Virus record (IMG/VR): IMGVR_UViG_3300047283_000054
Direction: 5' to 3' (one strand)
Length of the DNA stretch: 64,000 nucleotides
Origin: a virus
Taxonomy: Duplodnaviria; Caudoviricetes
The notes beneath the pieces are model-generated. The model was not told the DNA's origin. It worked only from the letters and a program-made list of their open reading frames with translations, and ran no database searches. How positions within the stretch are numbered: the first letter of the stretch is position 1; each line of letters begins with the position of its first letter. Positions 27,252-36,818 of the stretch are shown here, piece after piece. The translations under genes were made by a program, and so were the position numbers.

Positions 27252-30200
27252 TTATGCTACCGTTTCTAGGGCGGCTAACTCATCTGATAATGCAAGCCAT
27301 TTATTTCTCAATTCATTAATTTGAGGATCACCTGCCGGAAGTTCATTTTTTGCCGTAGTAAATGCTAATCTAGCCTCTCTAACTTCACCAACTTTAGCAA
27401 ACACTTTTTCAGTTAATACTCTCTGCTCCTCTGCCTTATTTCTAATAGCTTCTGTTCCTGCAGTCTCACCTGTCGTTGCAGGATTGCCACTATAGTTTGG
27501 TAATGGTATCTTTGTATTACCAAATACACTAGCTAACTGTGTTGATAAAGCAGGACGTGTACCGTCAGTATTAGTACCTATATTTGGTAATGTTATTGGC
27601 ACTGAACCACCTGAACTTAATGATGCTATCGAACTATTCAACTTGGAAGCTAATGCAGGACTTAGTCCAATACTAGCTAATGCTTGCAATGATGCACCAG
27701 GTAATTTTAGTTGATTGATTAAATTGCTTGCGCCACCTGGTAATGATCCTACATTTACAGCCGCAGTAACTTGCCCTAAAGCGGCTGTTATTCCGGCAGT
27801 TCCGGGTATTAGATTTACCGCACCTTTGGCATTATCTATAATATTTGATACGGCACTTTGTGCTCCCGGCAATCCACTTAGTCCAGTTGATGCGCTTACT
27901 GGTAATGTTGCTTTAACTGCACTCACTGCATTTTCTGCACTTGTTACTAAATTAGTAGATGTACCCAACCCAGTAGTTACTGCCTTTGTAACACCATCTA
28001 GTCCGTTAGTGGCTGATGAGGCTGCTCCTGAGGCAATACTTGCGGCATCTATTCCTGAAGCAGAGGACGCAGATTTCAATACTCCTGCAACATCGCTAGC
28101 TTCTGTACCAGACGCTTGTACATCTGCTGTAGCCTTATCAGCAATTTGTTTTAAGTTTTGTGGCACACCTGCCTTGAGAGTTGGGAATCCTTTAGTAATT
28201 GCATCAAATGCTGAACCAGCAACACCCTTAGCACTGTCTAATAATCCACTTAGTCCGCCACCTAGTTTTGTTAACCCACCTAATGAAGTTGCAATAGAAC
28301 CTAATCCACCTGTTACGACTGAAGTTAAGTTGGCTGCAAAATTACCAGAAGATATTGCACCAGTTACACTACCTAACATTGTGTTGACTGCCCCACCTGC
28401 CTTACCTACTATTCCAGAAACTCCACCAGCACCTAATGCACCTGATGCTGTTTTTAAATAATTAACAGTACTAGCTAAACCAACGCTAGCAGTAGCAGTA
28501 ACTAGTCCAGCAATTTGACCAGATGCTTCTTTGCCTGTTATAACACCTGCTTGTGTAAGTTGTGTTTGTGCTTGTTGGAAGTTACTAACTTGTGTTTGAA
28601 CTTGTGCTGTAGTATTATTAATATAAGTTGCGATGTTTTCTGCTCCTGGCTTTCCTGTAAAGATAGCCGACGGCATTGCTTGTTCAATGGTTTTACCTGA
28701 ACTAACTAACGCATTTACTAATGTCGCTGAACCAGGTTTAATTACACCAGCCGCTTCAAGTTGTTGTGTAGATTGTGCCATCTTACCTATTATAGCAGTA
28801 CCGTCTACTACACCTGCTCCTAGCTTAACTGCGGCTGCGGCCTTTCCAGTCTGTGCCGCTGTTGCAACAGCACCAACCATACCGGTTGTAGTATTTGTAT
28901 CTAGTGCTTTACTGATTGCCCCAGTGACTGGCACAGTTGATGCTACACTAGGTGCGACCGGTGCACTAGGTGTACTTGGTACAGAGGCATTAGCAGCCGC
29001 GACAGCCGCTGATGGTGCGCTTGGGAAGTTTGCACTAGCATTGTTATCTACTTTTACATCAACACCTTGATTTGCACTTGCCCAAGGACTATGTGCAGGT
29101 GCTCTACTTACAATACTTATTAATGCTCCTGGTGCCGCCGCCCAACCTTTAGTAGCATCATATAGTGTATCAGTATGTGCTACTCTTGTTAGTGATTTAA
29201 CTACCTGAGGAACTGTACCTGATGAACCTGTGTTCAAATTAATCTTACTACCATTAATGTATGTTGCACTTTGACTTGCAAAACTAGCTTCCCCTGAAGA
29301 TTTAAAACTCATTTGGTAATCAGTTTTTAATGTGTATTTGCCTAATGTATAAGTTGAGAAATCTGTACCCGCTTTGATTTCCATCTTTTTGTCAGTCTCA
29401 ATGTTAATATTATCTGCTGAGATTTTTAAATCTTTTTTAGCATTTATATTAATATTGTTATCAGCGTGTAGGTTTAAATCACCCTGTGTTCGTATGTTAA
29501 CTGAGTTAGTAGCGTACATATCAATTGTACCTTCTTTACCTAACTCAATCCAACTTTGTCCATTAGCGTGAATGATGAATAAACATTGTCCGTCATCACT
29601 CATTAATATCTGATGACCTAAGCTACTGCGTAATCTTACTAATTGGTCTCTACCTAACAGATCGCCGTCATCCATTACGATGCTATGACCTACTCTACGT
29701 GAAGTAATCTTTAAACTACTTTGTTGACCTTGACCAGTTGCGGCAGCGGCAATAGTTTCATCGGTAAAGCCACCTTCATAGATAGGTCTACCTGGTGTAT
29801 TAACTCCCCAACCAACACGACTAGGACTTTCACGTTGACTACTAGTTCCTATTGTACCTCGTATTGTATCTCTAATTAAACCCTGTTGATTTAATACACC
29901 TGCAAGATAACTGTTAACAGGCTTTGGTTCATTAAAGAATGTAGGGCTTTCGTTAATTGCATTATTATTTGTATTGATATTAGTTACAGGCAACTTCTTT
30001 GCACCACCATAACTATTTGCTTCATTGGCATTTAATACAGCAGTTTCAGTTGATCCGTTAGCCGGTACCATGTATAATGCTTCTGGCTCAGGTACACAAC
30101 CAATCCAATAACCATAGTTAGGATCACCGTTGATAAAAATACATATAACAGTTGTACCAATATCCGGCGGGCTACTCCATACACCATAACTAATTGGATT

Positions 30201-30470
30201 TTGCAAATATGTTCCGTATCCTGTCTTATCGCCTGTACCTTCAGTCAATCCATAGAATGAAGTCATATAGTTAACTGTTACCCAACTATTGGCATCATCT
30301 GGGTCTGTACCGCCCATATCACTGAGATATACACGTAATCTACCTGAACGTATAGGGTCGATGTTATCTTTTACTACTCCAAAAACAGGTACAGGACTAA
30401 CTACTGCACCACCTGCACCTAGTTTATTTGCGCTTGTTGCGCCTTTGGGTTTAAAGATATTATTTGCCAT
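27252..30470 (-). CDS. baseplate hub / central spike (T4 gp5-like, VgrG OB-fold) with long Ala/Gly-rich C-terminal extension
   Basis: GVVKDNIDP.RSGRLRV, PPDIGT.V...F.NGDP..GYW.GC (gp5 OB-fold), GH.IVMDD/GHQILM.D beta-helix repeats, APAHSPW tip motif. Confidence 0.8.
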   Translation of the reverse strand: MANNIFKPKGATSANKLGAGGAVVSPVPVFGVVKDNIDPIRSGRLRVYLSDMGGTDPDDANSWVTVNYMTSFYGLTEGTGDKTGYGTYLQNPISYGVWSSPPDIGTTVICIFINGDPNYGYWIGCVPEPEALYMVPANGSTETAVLNANEANSYGGAKKLPVTNINTNNNAINESPTFFNEPKPVNSYLAGVLNQQGLIRDTIRGTIGTSSQRESPSRVGWGVNTPGRPIYEGGFTDETIAAAATGQGQQSSLKITSRRVGHSIVMDDGDLLGRDQLVRLRSSLGHQILMSDDGQCLFIIHANGQSWIELGKEGTIDMYATNSVNIRTQGDLNLHADNNININAKKDLKISADNINIETDKKMEIKAGTDFSTYTLGKYTLKTDYQMSFKSSGEASFASQSATYINGSKINLNTGSSGTVPQVVKSLTRVAHTDTLYDATKGWAAAPGALISIVSRAPAHSPWASANQGVDVKVDNNASANFPSAPSAAVAAANASVPSTPSAPVAPSVASTVPVTGAISKALDTNTTTGMVGAVATAAQTGKAAAAVKLGAGVVDGTAIIGKMAQSTQQLEAAGVIKPGSATLVNALVSSGKTIEQAMPSAIFTGKPGAENIATYINNTTAQVQTQVSNFQQAQTQLTQAGVITGKEASGQIAGLVTATASVGLASTVNYLKTASGALGAGGVSGIVGKAGGAVNTMLGSVTGAISSGNFAANLTSVVTGGLGSIATSLGGLTKLGGGLSGLLDSAKGVAGSAFDAITKGFPTLKAGVPQNLKQIADKATADVQASGTEASDVAGVLKSASSASGIDAASIASGAASSATNGLDGVTKAVTTGLGTSTNLVTSAENAVSAVKATLPVSASTGLSGLPGAQSAVSNIIDNAKGAVNLIPGTAGITAALGQVTAAVNVGSLPGGASNLINQLKLPGASLQALASIGLSPALASKLNSSIASLSSGGSVPITLPNIGTNTDGTRPALSTQLASVFGNTKIPLPNYSGNPATTGETAGTEAIRNKAEEQRVLTEKVFAKVGEVREARLAFTTAKNELPAGDPQINELRNKWLALSDELAALETVA

Positions 30471-33124
30471 TATGCGCCTTCACCTGGTCTTGCACCAGTA
30501 AGTAATGTGGTGTTTTCTGTTTCTCTACCTGCATCCGGACTTTGAGAATTAACAATACCATTTTGTGTTTGACCTGCATTTTGAACACTATCGTCATTTG
30601 CTACACCTTGATCCGTACTTTCTGTTGTAGTTGTAACAGGTGTATCACTAACGGGAACTCCGGAATCTACAAATTGTTGTTGTAATGCTATAGCCTCATC
30701 AACTCCTGAAAATTCATTTTCGGGAGTGTACCCGGTACTGGCACTAGTGCTAGTACCACTAGAAGGTGTAGAACCTTCACCACCGTCACTGGTACCTGAG
30801 CGAACATCGGAGCTTGCTAAATCTATACGTCTAGGATCATTAGCGGCAAATGCGGTTCTTGCGTTAGCCGCTGTTTCGGTTGTTAATGCTACACCAGTTC
30901 TTGCGGCGGTAGCATCTGTTACATTAGCTCTTCCACCCAGTGCCGCTGCCGGTGTTCCCACTACTCCCGGGAAGTCATTGATACAACAATTTAATGTTTG
31001 CTCAAACTTACCACCTCTAAAACTATGGTCTATATCAAGAACCATATAGCTAATACCTTTAATCTTATTAGCTACTGCGGCAGGGTAATTCCAAAAGTAT
31101 ATAGACTCATTAATACTTAATAAGCCATCACTATTCTTATAGTCAATTGCTTCCTTAAAATCAATTTCAATAAACACTTGTCCACCATTTGGATTAATAG
31201 TAAATCCATCACTACCATAGAATTGATTATAAACTTGGTTAATGCTTGAAGGTGTCTCTTGTGCTAGATAATCAGGGTCACCCAATATAACAACTTTGGC
31301 TTTAGCATATGCACCTGGATCATACAAACTGGTCATATATGCATTTTGTGCTTCCATACCAACGTCTTGTCGACCTTGGGTATCTTGATTCTGCTTTTTG
31401 TTTGGGTATGTGGGTACTTGAGCTCCGCCACCTTGACTTGCAGGATCACCGTTGGGAGTTAATGCAACGTTAAAATAACTATTGTCCATTGTTTGTTCGT
31501 ATGATATCACCTCACTATTCTTACCAGTGAACCAATATTCATATCGTTTGTGCGGGCCATAATACTTACTAGATTTTGTATATGGTGATGAGGCTGCAGG
31601 TGTCTCATATGGTTGAATAACGTATGTAATCTCATATGCAAAATCTCCCACCTTAGTATCAAATCCTAATGTTTTAATTTCAGTGCTCAAATTATACCAT
31701 TTAATTGGTGGTATGTTTTTCTTAGTAACTACTTCTGGACTGTTTGTGTCAGGGTCTGGTTCTTCACTAGCAACAAATATAACTTTAAGCGCATCTTCCA
31801 TATATGAACTTTGCTTGATAATATTATTAATAGCTTGAGGAATAGGTGTCCCCTTATCAATTTGAATTAATCTTTTAGTAGTATCAGGTGTTGATTTAAC
31901 GCTTGTACCCTCAGTTACTTCATTTGAGTTATCCGCCCTACTCATTGGTTGTTTTTTTCTGTCAGGGTCTGCTTTGCTAATAAGACTTGCATTTTGTATA
32001 AGACTAGTATCACCTATAAATCTAACTTTATATACATTCGGTATTTCAACTGCACCTTGTGTTTTTAATGTTTGTTGATTTTCATTTAATGTTTTGAGTA
32101 AACTAGTAATACCATTACCTTCGCCGTCTAACGCTTCTTTAACAGTACTTGCAACGACTGGTACTTTATTATCTGCTGTTCCTCTAGCAATACCTAATGC
32201 AACATTAGTAGATATAACAGATGCGGTTACATTGTATGTTGTTGCGCCTCCATTAATTTTAAACTTCATTGAAGTTATTAGAATATCATAAAATCTTTCA
32301 TATACACCACTAGCGTCTGGACTAGTATTAATGGTGTCGTCTGCAAATACTTCACTTGCATTTGCTATGTTTCCATTCTTATCATATCCTTGAAATCTTA
32401 TACCCAATACAAAGAACTGTCTGCTAGCATTGACTGCCTTATCATAGTTTTTTAATTTACTATTTTTTCTTAATCCGTCATTGGCTCTTTTTAATTTAGT
32501 TATAAAAGAAAAACCATATGGTTCATATATGTTGAACGATATTGCAGTAACGTTAGATGCTGATTGTGTGTTTTTTCCATTAACTGCTGTTTTGATTTTT
32601 AAATCATCTATATAATAATCTAAATCAAATCCAGGTGCTCGTTTACTTGTTTTGTTATTGATGCCACCAGATTGTGCGATTAAGAATGCACCACCGTTTG
32701 TTGATTGACCAGTAGCATCAGTTTGACTTAGTGCATTGATATTTTTTCTACCGGATAATTTAAAAGCGTCATATGCATCAGGTGTTATCATATACAAACT
32801 TAATTGATATGTGTAACTACTAAAATTACCTAACGGGTTCTGTAATCTACTTCCTGGCTTTGGTCCAGTACCTACACTTTTATTAACTACATTATTGCCT
32901 GCAGGTGTTTGAGCTTGTCCTGCTTGAGTTTGTCCTGCAAAACTTTCGTTTAGAGTTTCCATCTCATTACTACCAGTTGCAGTAGCATTGTTTTCCATTG
33001 CGGCAACTCTAGCGGCATAATCAATATCATAACTATTATCACCGTCAGACGGAGTACCACCCAAATCATTGTCGTCAGGGGTAGAAGATATTATATTACC
33101 TAGTTCATCTGTAACAATTGCCAT
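30470..33124 (-). CDS. baseplate hub protein (gp27/tail protein D-like)
   Basis: NPL..FSSYTY.LSL, I.EPYG.SF, I.GDPD.L and YMV..I.H.F.GGKF.Q.L motifs; sits between the gp53-like and gp5-like genes. Confidence 0.65.
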   Translation of the reverse strand: MAIVTDELGNIISSTPDDNDLGGTPSDGDNSYDIDYAARVAAMENNATATGSNEMETLNESFAGQTQAGQAQTPAGNNVVNKSVGTGPKPGSRLQNPLGNFSSYTYQLSLYMITPDAYDAFKLSGRKNINALSQTDATGQSTNGGAFLIAQSGGINNKTSKRAPGFDLDYYIDDLKIKTAVNGKNTQSASNVTAISFNIYEPYGFSFITKLKRANDGLRKNSKLKNYDKAVNASRQFFVLGIRFQGYDKNGNIANASEVFADDTINTSPDASGVYERFYDILITSMKFKINGGATTYNVTASVISTNVALGIARGTADNKVPVVASTVKEALDGEGNGITSLLKTLNENQQTLKTQGAVEIPNVYKVRFIGDTSLIQNASLISKADPDRKKQPMSRADNSNEVTEGTSVKSTPDTTKRLIQIDKGTPIPQAINNIIKQSSYMEDALKVIFVASEEPDPDTNSPEVVTKKNIPPIKWYNLSTEIKTLGFDTKVGDFAYEITYVIQPYETPAASSPYTKSSKYYGPHKRYEYWFTGKNSEVISYEQTMDNSYFNVALTPNGDPASQGGGAQVPTYPNKKQNQDTQGRQDVGMEAQNAYMTSLYDPGAYAKAKVVILGDPDYLAQETPSSINQVYNQFYGSDGFTINPNGGQVFIEIDFKEAIDYKNSDGLLSINESIYFWNYPAAVANKIKGISYMVLDIDHSFRGGKFEQTLNCCINDFPGVVGTPAAALGGRANVTDATAARTGVALTTETAANARTAFAANDPRRIDLASSDVRSGTSDGGEGSTPSSGTSTSASTGYTPENEFSGVDEAIALQQQFVDSGVPVSDTPVTTTTESTDQGVANDDSVQNAGQTQNGIVNSQSPDAGRETENTTLLTGARPGEGA

Positions 33125-33436
33125 TTATATACCTAATACTTGTTTTAATGTTGCGGCTTCTGGCAAATAGATACTAGTCCCAGCAGTGAAATCAAAAAAT
33201 GGATCTGCCAATGTGTTAGGGTTTCTGCTTGCAAACACCCACCATAGTTTAGGATTAGCATATAAGTCATATGCTAACATATCAGGTCGTAGATTATACG
33301 TGGTCGTTATTTCCCAATATCTATCACTACCTAACTTAGGTATAGGTCTATCAACTAGTGTATCTAAAAATCTACCATTCACTACTCCGGTAGCATAATA
33401 TGGACTTGATGACGGATATAGATTGTTAATAGCCAT
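33125..33436 (-). CDS. baseplate wedge subunit (T4 gp53-like, LysM-like)
   Basis: Y..RPD.LAYDLY..PKLWWVF..RN signature. Confidence 0.85.
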   Translation of the reverse strand: MAINNLYPSSSPYYATGVVNGRFLDTLVDRPIPKLGSDRYWEITTTYNLRPDMLAYDLYANPKLWWVFASRNPNTLADPFFDFTAGTSIYLPEAATLKQVLGI

Positions 33437-34716
33437 TACCAGATACCTCCACCTGAACGTCTGCTACCTCGTAACAAAGCACCGGTAGCATATTCTTTGA
33501 GACTGAACTTGTTACTAATATCGTTTCTAGTAACGATCGGGATGCAAGTGATTTGCAATTGTAGTTTTGTGGGTACATAAGTTGCGTCAGAATTAATTAG
33601 TGAATTTTGTGTTGAGAAGTTTGGAACTTTAGGTTGCAATCCATTTATTGCAGTACGCAATACACTTGGTACAAAGCTATTTACTATGTTATTTTGTTGT
33701 GCTACATTTACACCAGGCTGATTTGTTTGACTACCTGCACGTATATAATCTACTTCAGTTGGTGTTGCATATGTGAAATTAGTTACAACTAATGGGTGAG
33801 CATCAAACGTGTAAGCACCAAATCCACTCAAGTAACATAACGGTGGAGGTACACCATTATTGGGGTTCTGATCCTGACCATAGAACATCTTAGTTACACT
33901 ACGAAAGAAATGTATCACTGCCAACAAGTAGTTTGCTTCATTGGTGTCTTGTGCTGTAAAATCAGCCGTAATTGAAACTGTGTCTACATTACTTCCTTTA
34001 TATTGATAAACTCTATAATTGCTATGTACTAGGTCACTTGGCTCATATCCTGCACTATATGTTACTGATATTCCCGGTGTGTATGGAAATATAACACCAT
34101 CAGTTGATTGTAATGGTGCTAGTATGCCTGCTTGTCCTTTTGGAACTTTATATAAGTAATTTGCATTTGGTGCTAAACTTAATCTTGCACGCCAATCTGG
34201 TTTCTGTTGAAAATTAGCTGTATCTTGTCTTGTGGCTGTACTACGTGTATTGTTTACTGCTGTTGATATACCTTGTCCACTGCCACCGGCTCCGGGGTCA
34301 AATACACTTTCAGTAACCTCTTGTCTAGGATCAAATACACTTTCAGTAACTTCTTGTCTAGGATCAAATACGTTTTCTGTTATAGAGTTGGGTGATGTTA
34401 CTGTTTGTCCTTCTTCACCAATATTTGTGTTGGGGTCGCTGGCAGCACTTATTGTTTGTTGGGCTTGAGGTATTTCTTGATTTTGTGCTTCTTCACCGAT
34501 ATTTGTATTAGGATCTGATGCGACTAATAGGTTGTTCAACTCATTCTGAAGCTGAATTAGTGTATTTCTTGCTGTTGCTAACTGTCTTTCTATATCAGCA
34601 ATTACAGCAGGATCAGGTTGTGGAGAGCCGGAAGCCGCGTCTAATTGAAGTTCTAACGATGCGACTTGTGCCCTTGCTAAAGCAATATCGGCTTCTAATT
34701 GAGCTTGTGATGCCAT
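33436..34716 (-). CDS. tail-tube initiator / baseplate protein (gp48/gp54-like) with repetitive N-terminal extension
   Basis: DWRARL, GVIFPYTP.I, HFFRSVTKMFYG and PPPLC.LSGFG motifs; adjacent to gp53. Confidence 0.6.
   Translation of the reverse strand: MASQAQLEADIALARAQVASLELQLDAASGSPQPDPAVIADIERQLATARNTLIQLQNELNNLLVASDPNTNIGEEAQNQEIPQAQQTISAASDPNTNIGEEGQTVTSPNSITENVFDPRQEVTESVFDPRQEVTESVFDPGAGGSGQGISTAVNNTRSTATRQDTANFQQKPDWRARLSLAPNANYLYKVPKGQAGILAPLQSTDGVIFPYTPGISVTYSAGYEPSDLVHSNYRVYQYKGSNVDTVSITADFTAQDTNEANYLLAVIHFFRSVTKMFYGQDQNPNNGVPPPLCYLSGFGAYTFDAHPLVVTNFTYATPTEVDYIRAGSQTNQPGVNVAQQNNIVNSFVPSVLRTAINGLQPKVPNFSTQNSLINSDATYVPTKLQLQITCIPIVTRNDISNKFSLKEYATGALLRGSRRSGGGIW
34295..34380. repeat. 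33-bp tandem repeat (2.6 copies) encoding (RQEVTESVFDP)n
   Basis: ggatcaaatacactttcagtaacttcttgtcta unit at 34295, 34328 and, partially, 34361. Confidence 0.9.
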
Positions 34717-34789
34717 AATATGTTGTTATCCTTACTTATATTTAGCACTAAATAAAAGTGCTGTTTTTACCCTTTCCCTCACAAAATCG

Positions 34790-34818
34790 TTGCTTTTCAG
34801 CAACAATAATGCTATAAT
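34790..34818 (+). promoter_or_regulatory. sigma70-type promoter for gp55
   Basis: TTGCTT-N17-TATAAT with extended -10 TG; GGAG RBS before ATG 34844. Confidence 0.75.
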
Positions 34819-34843
34819 CACTACAACATAATAACGGAGAACT

Positions 34844-35752
34844 ATGTCCTTACCATCAAGAAAACCTGTCAACTATTTAAATAATAAAGACATTCTAAAA
34901 GAGATACACGAAAGCAAAAACGCATACTGTTACTTTACAGATCCAAGTTATCATCGCTATGATTTTATTGTAGATATGCCACAAGCTCCAATTGCAGAAA
35001 GCTTAGAGTATGCTTTCAAGCCAGAAACAATTCAGCAAGCAAAAGAAACTCGGGCACTACGATTAAGTTTAGAACAAGGTAGTAAAGATGCAGTTAGCCC
35101 AGATTCTATACCCGTTACAGATTTAGTATTTCGTGTAATGAATTGGGATCACGTTCCAGTCGCACCAAAACAACCCCGTAAAACAGTTAAAAAGAAAACA
35201 GCAAAAGATATTTTTGAGTTTGAGGAACCAGATCCAGATGAGATTTTTGCTGACCTAGAAGATACTACAACCAAAGCAGAAGTAGATGATATGGTTCACG
35301 TTAAAGTTAACTTTCCCCCATTTCAACATTACAAAATTGATGAAAATAATACATTCTATTGTGTGGGTAAAAGTCATTGGGAAGGTGATTTGGAAACAGG
35401 CAATTTCAATAAAGACCACGGCAAAATCACAAACAAGCTTGCCCGTATGTACATTATGATGTGTGAAAAATACGCAATGAAATATAATTGGCGTGGGTAC
35501 ACATACAATGACGAGATGCGTAATAGTGCAATCTTACAACTAACCTATGTTGGACTACGTTTCAATGAAGCTAAAAGTGCAAACCCATTTGCTTACTACA
35601 CAGCCGCTATCACTAATAGTTTCTGTAGGGTATTGAATACAGAAAAGCGTAATCAAAATATCAGAGATGATATTTTAGAAATCAATGGACTGAACCCAAG
35701 TTGGTCAAGACAGGGTTCGGGTGGAACTGTATCCACTGTGTACGAAGAATAA
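34844..35752 (+). CDS. late-transcription sigma factor (T4 gp55-like)
   Basis: NYLNNKD.L, WRGYTYNDEM...A...L, F...KS.NPFAYYT....NSF...L..EK.NQ.I motifs; canonical gp55-gp47-gp46 order. Confidence 0.9.
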   Translation: MSLPSRKPVNYLNNKDILKEIHESKNAYCYFTDPSYHRYDFIVDMPQAPIAESLEYAFKPETIQQAKETRALRLSLEQGSKDAVSPDSIPVTDLVFRVMNWDHVPVAPKQPRKTVKKKTAKDIFEFEEPDPDEIFADLEDTTTKAEVDDMVHVKVNFPPFQHYKIDENNTFYCVGKSHWEGDLETGNFNKDHGKITNKLARMYIMMCEKYAMKYNWRGYTYNDEMRNSAILQLTYVGLRFNEAKSANPFAYYTAAITNSFCRVLNTEKRNQNIRDDILEINGLNPSWSRQGSGGTVSTVYEE

Positions 35753-35766
35753 TTTAACCAAAGCCG

Positions 35767-35795
35767 TTGCTAATGTGACGGCTTTATCATATAAT
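35767..35795 (+). promoter_or_regulatory. sigma70-type promoter for gp47/gp46, overlapping a hairpin
   Basis: TTGCTA-N17-TATAAT; ATG 35802 begins 7 nt after the -10 box. Confidence 0.7.
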
Positions 35796-35801
35796 AGACG
35801 A

Positions 35802-36818
35802 ATGAGTAACCTTTTTAAAAAAGCCGCTGTGTTCACTGACATTCATTTTGGATTGAAGAGTAACAGCCTACAACACAACCAAGACTGTTCTGATTTTGTA
35901 GATTGGTTCATAGCCAAAGCAAAAAAAGAAAATTGTGAAACTTGTTTTTTCTTGGGCGATTATAATCATCATCGTGCAAGTATTAATATTCACACATTGC
36001 AATTTGGATTACAAGCATTGGAGAAACTAAGTGCTAACTTTGATACTGTATATTTTATACCAGGCAATCACGATCTTTATTATCGTGACCGTAGGGACAT
36101 TCATAGTGTTGAGTGGGCTAAACATTTACCAAACGTACAAATCATCAACGACTTCTTCCAACAAGGAGATGTAGTTATTGCACCTTGGCTTGTACAAGAA
36201 GATTACAAAAAACTACAAAAGATGGGCGGCAAATATATGTTTGGTCACCTTGAACTCCCAAGATTCTATATGAATGCTATGGTAGAGATGCCCGATCACG
36301 GGGAAATCAACGAAGACCATATGACTGGCTTTGAAAAAGTATTCAGTGGTCACTTTCATAAACGTCAGGCACGTAAGAACATCTGGTATATCGGTAATGC
36401 TTTCCCTCATAACTATGCAGACGCAGGTGATGATGCACGTGGTATGATGATATTGGAATGGGATAATGAACCAGAGTTTTATACTTGGCCAAGACAGCCT
36501 GTGTTCCGTGTTCATAAACTAAGTGACATTTTAGAAAACCCTGAAGGCTTGTTATTGATTGACAGCCATGTTAGAGTACATCTTGATATTGAAATCTCGT
36601 ATGAAGAGGCTAACTACTTGCGTGAGACTTGGATACCAGAACATAGACTAAGAGAGATGGCATTGATACCTATGAAAGCAGATATGAATGAGAATGGTCA
36701 AACAGCAGATGGATTAAAGTTCGAAAGTGTTGACCAAATTATTATTGACCAAATTAACAGTATCGAATCAAATAATTTTGATAAGAAGATTCTTTTGGAC
36801 ATTTATAACAACCTATGA
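35802..36818 (+). CDS. recombination endonuclease subunit (T4 gp47 / SbcD-Mre11-like)
   Basis: Metallophosphoesterase motifs DIHFG, LGD, GNHD, GH and SGHFH. Start moved to ATG 35802, because the track's GTG at 35721 lies inside gp55. Confidence 0.92.
   Translation: MSNLFKKAAVFTDIHFGLKSNSLQHNQDCSDFVDWFIAKAKKENCETCFFLGDYNHHRASINIHTLQFGLQALEKLSANFDTVYFIPGNHDLYYRDRRDIHSVEWAKHLPNVQIINDFFQQGDVVIAPWLVQEDYKKLQKMGGKYMFGHLELPRFYMNAMVEMPDHGEINEDHMTGFEKVFSGHFHKRQARKNIWYIGNAFPHNYADAGDDARGMMILEWDNEPEFYTWPRQPVFRVHKLSDILENPEGLLLIDSHVRVHLDIEISYEEANYLRETWIPEHRLREMALIPMKADMNENGQTADGLKFESVDQIIIDQINSIESNNFDKKILLDIYNNL

Noticed and set aside
34295-34380. 33-bp repeats as a CRISPR array
   Set aside because: Contiguous in-frame tandem copies with no spacers and no cas genes
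35721-35801. Track start for gp47 at GTG 35721
   Set aside because: Overlaps gp55 and the promoter; ATG 35802 fits better
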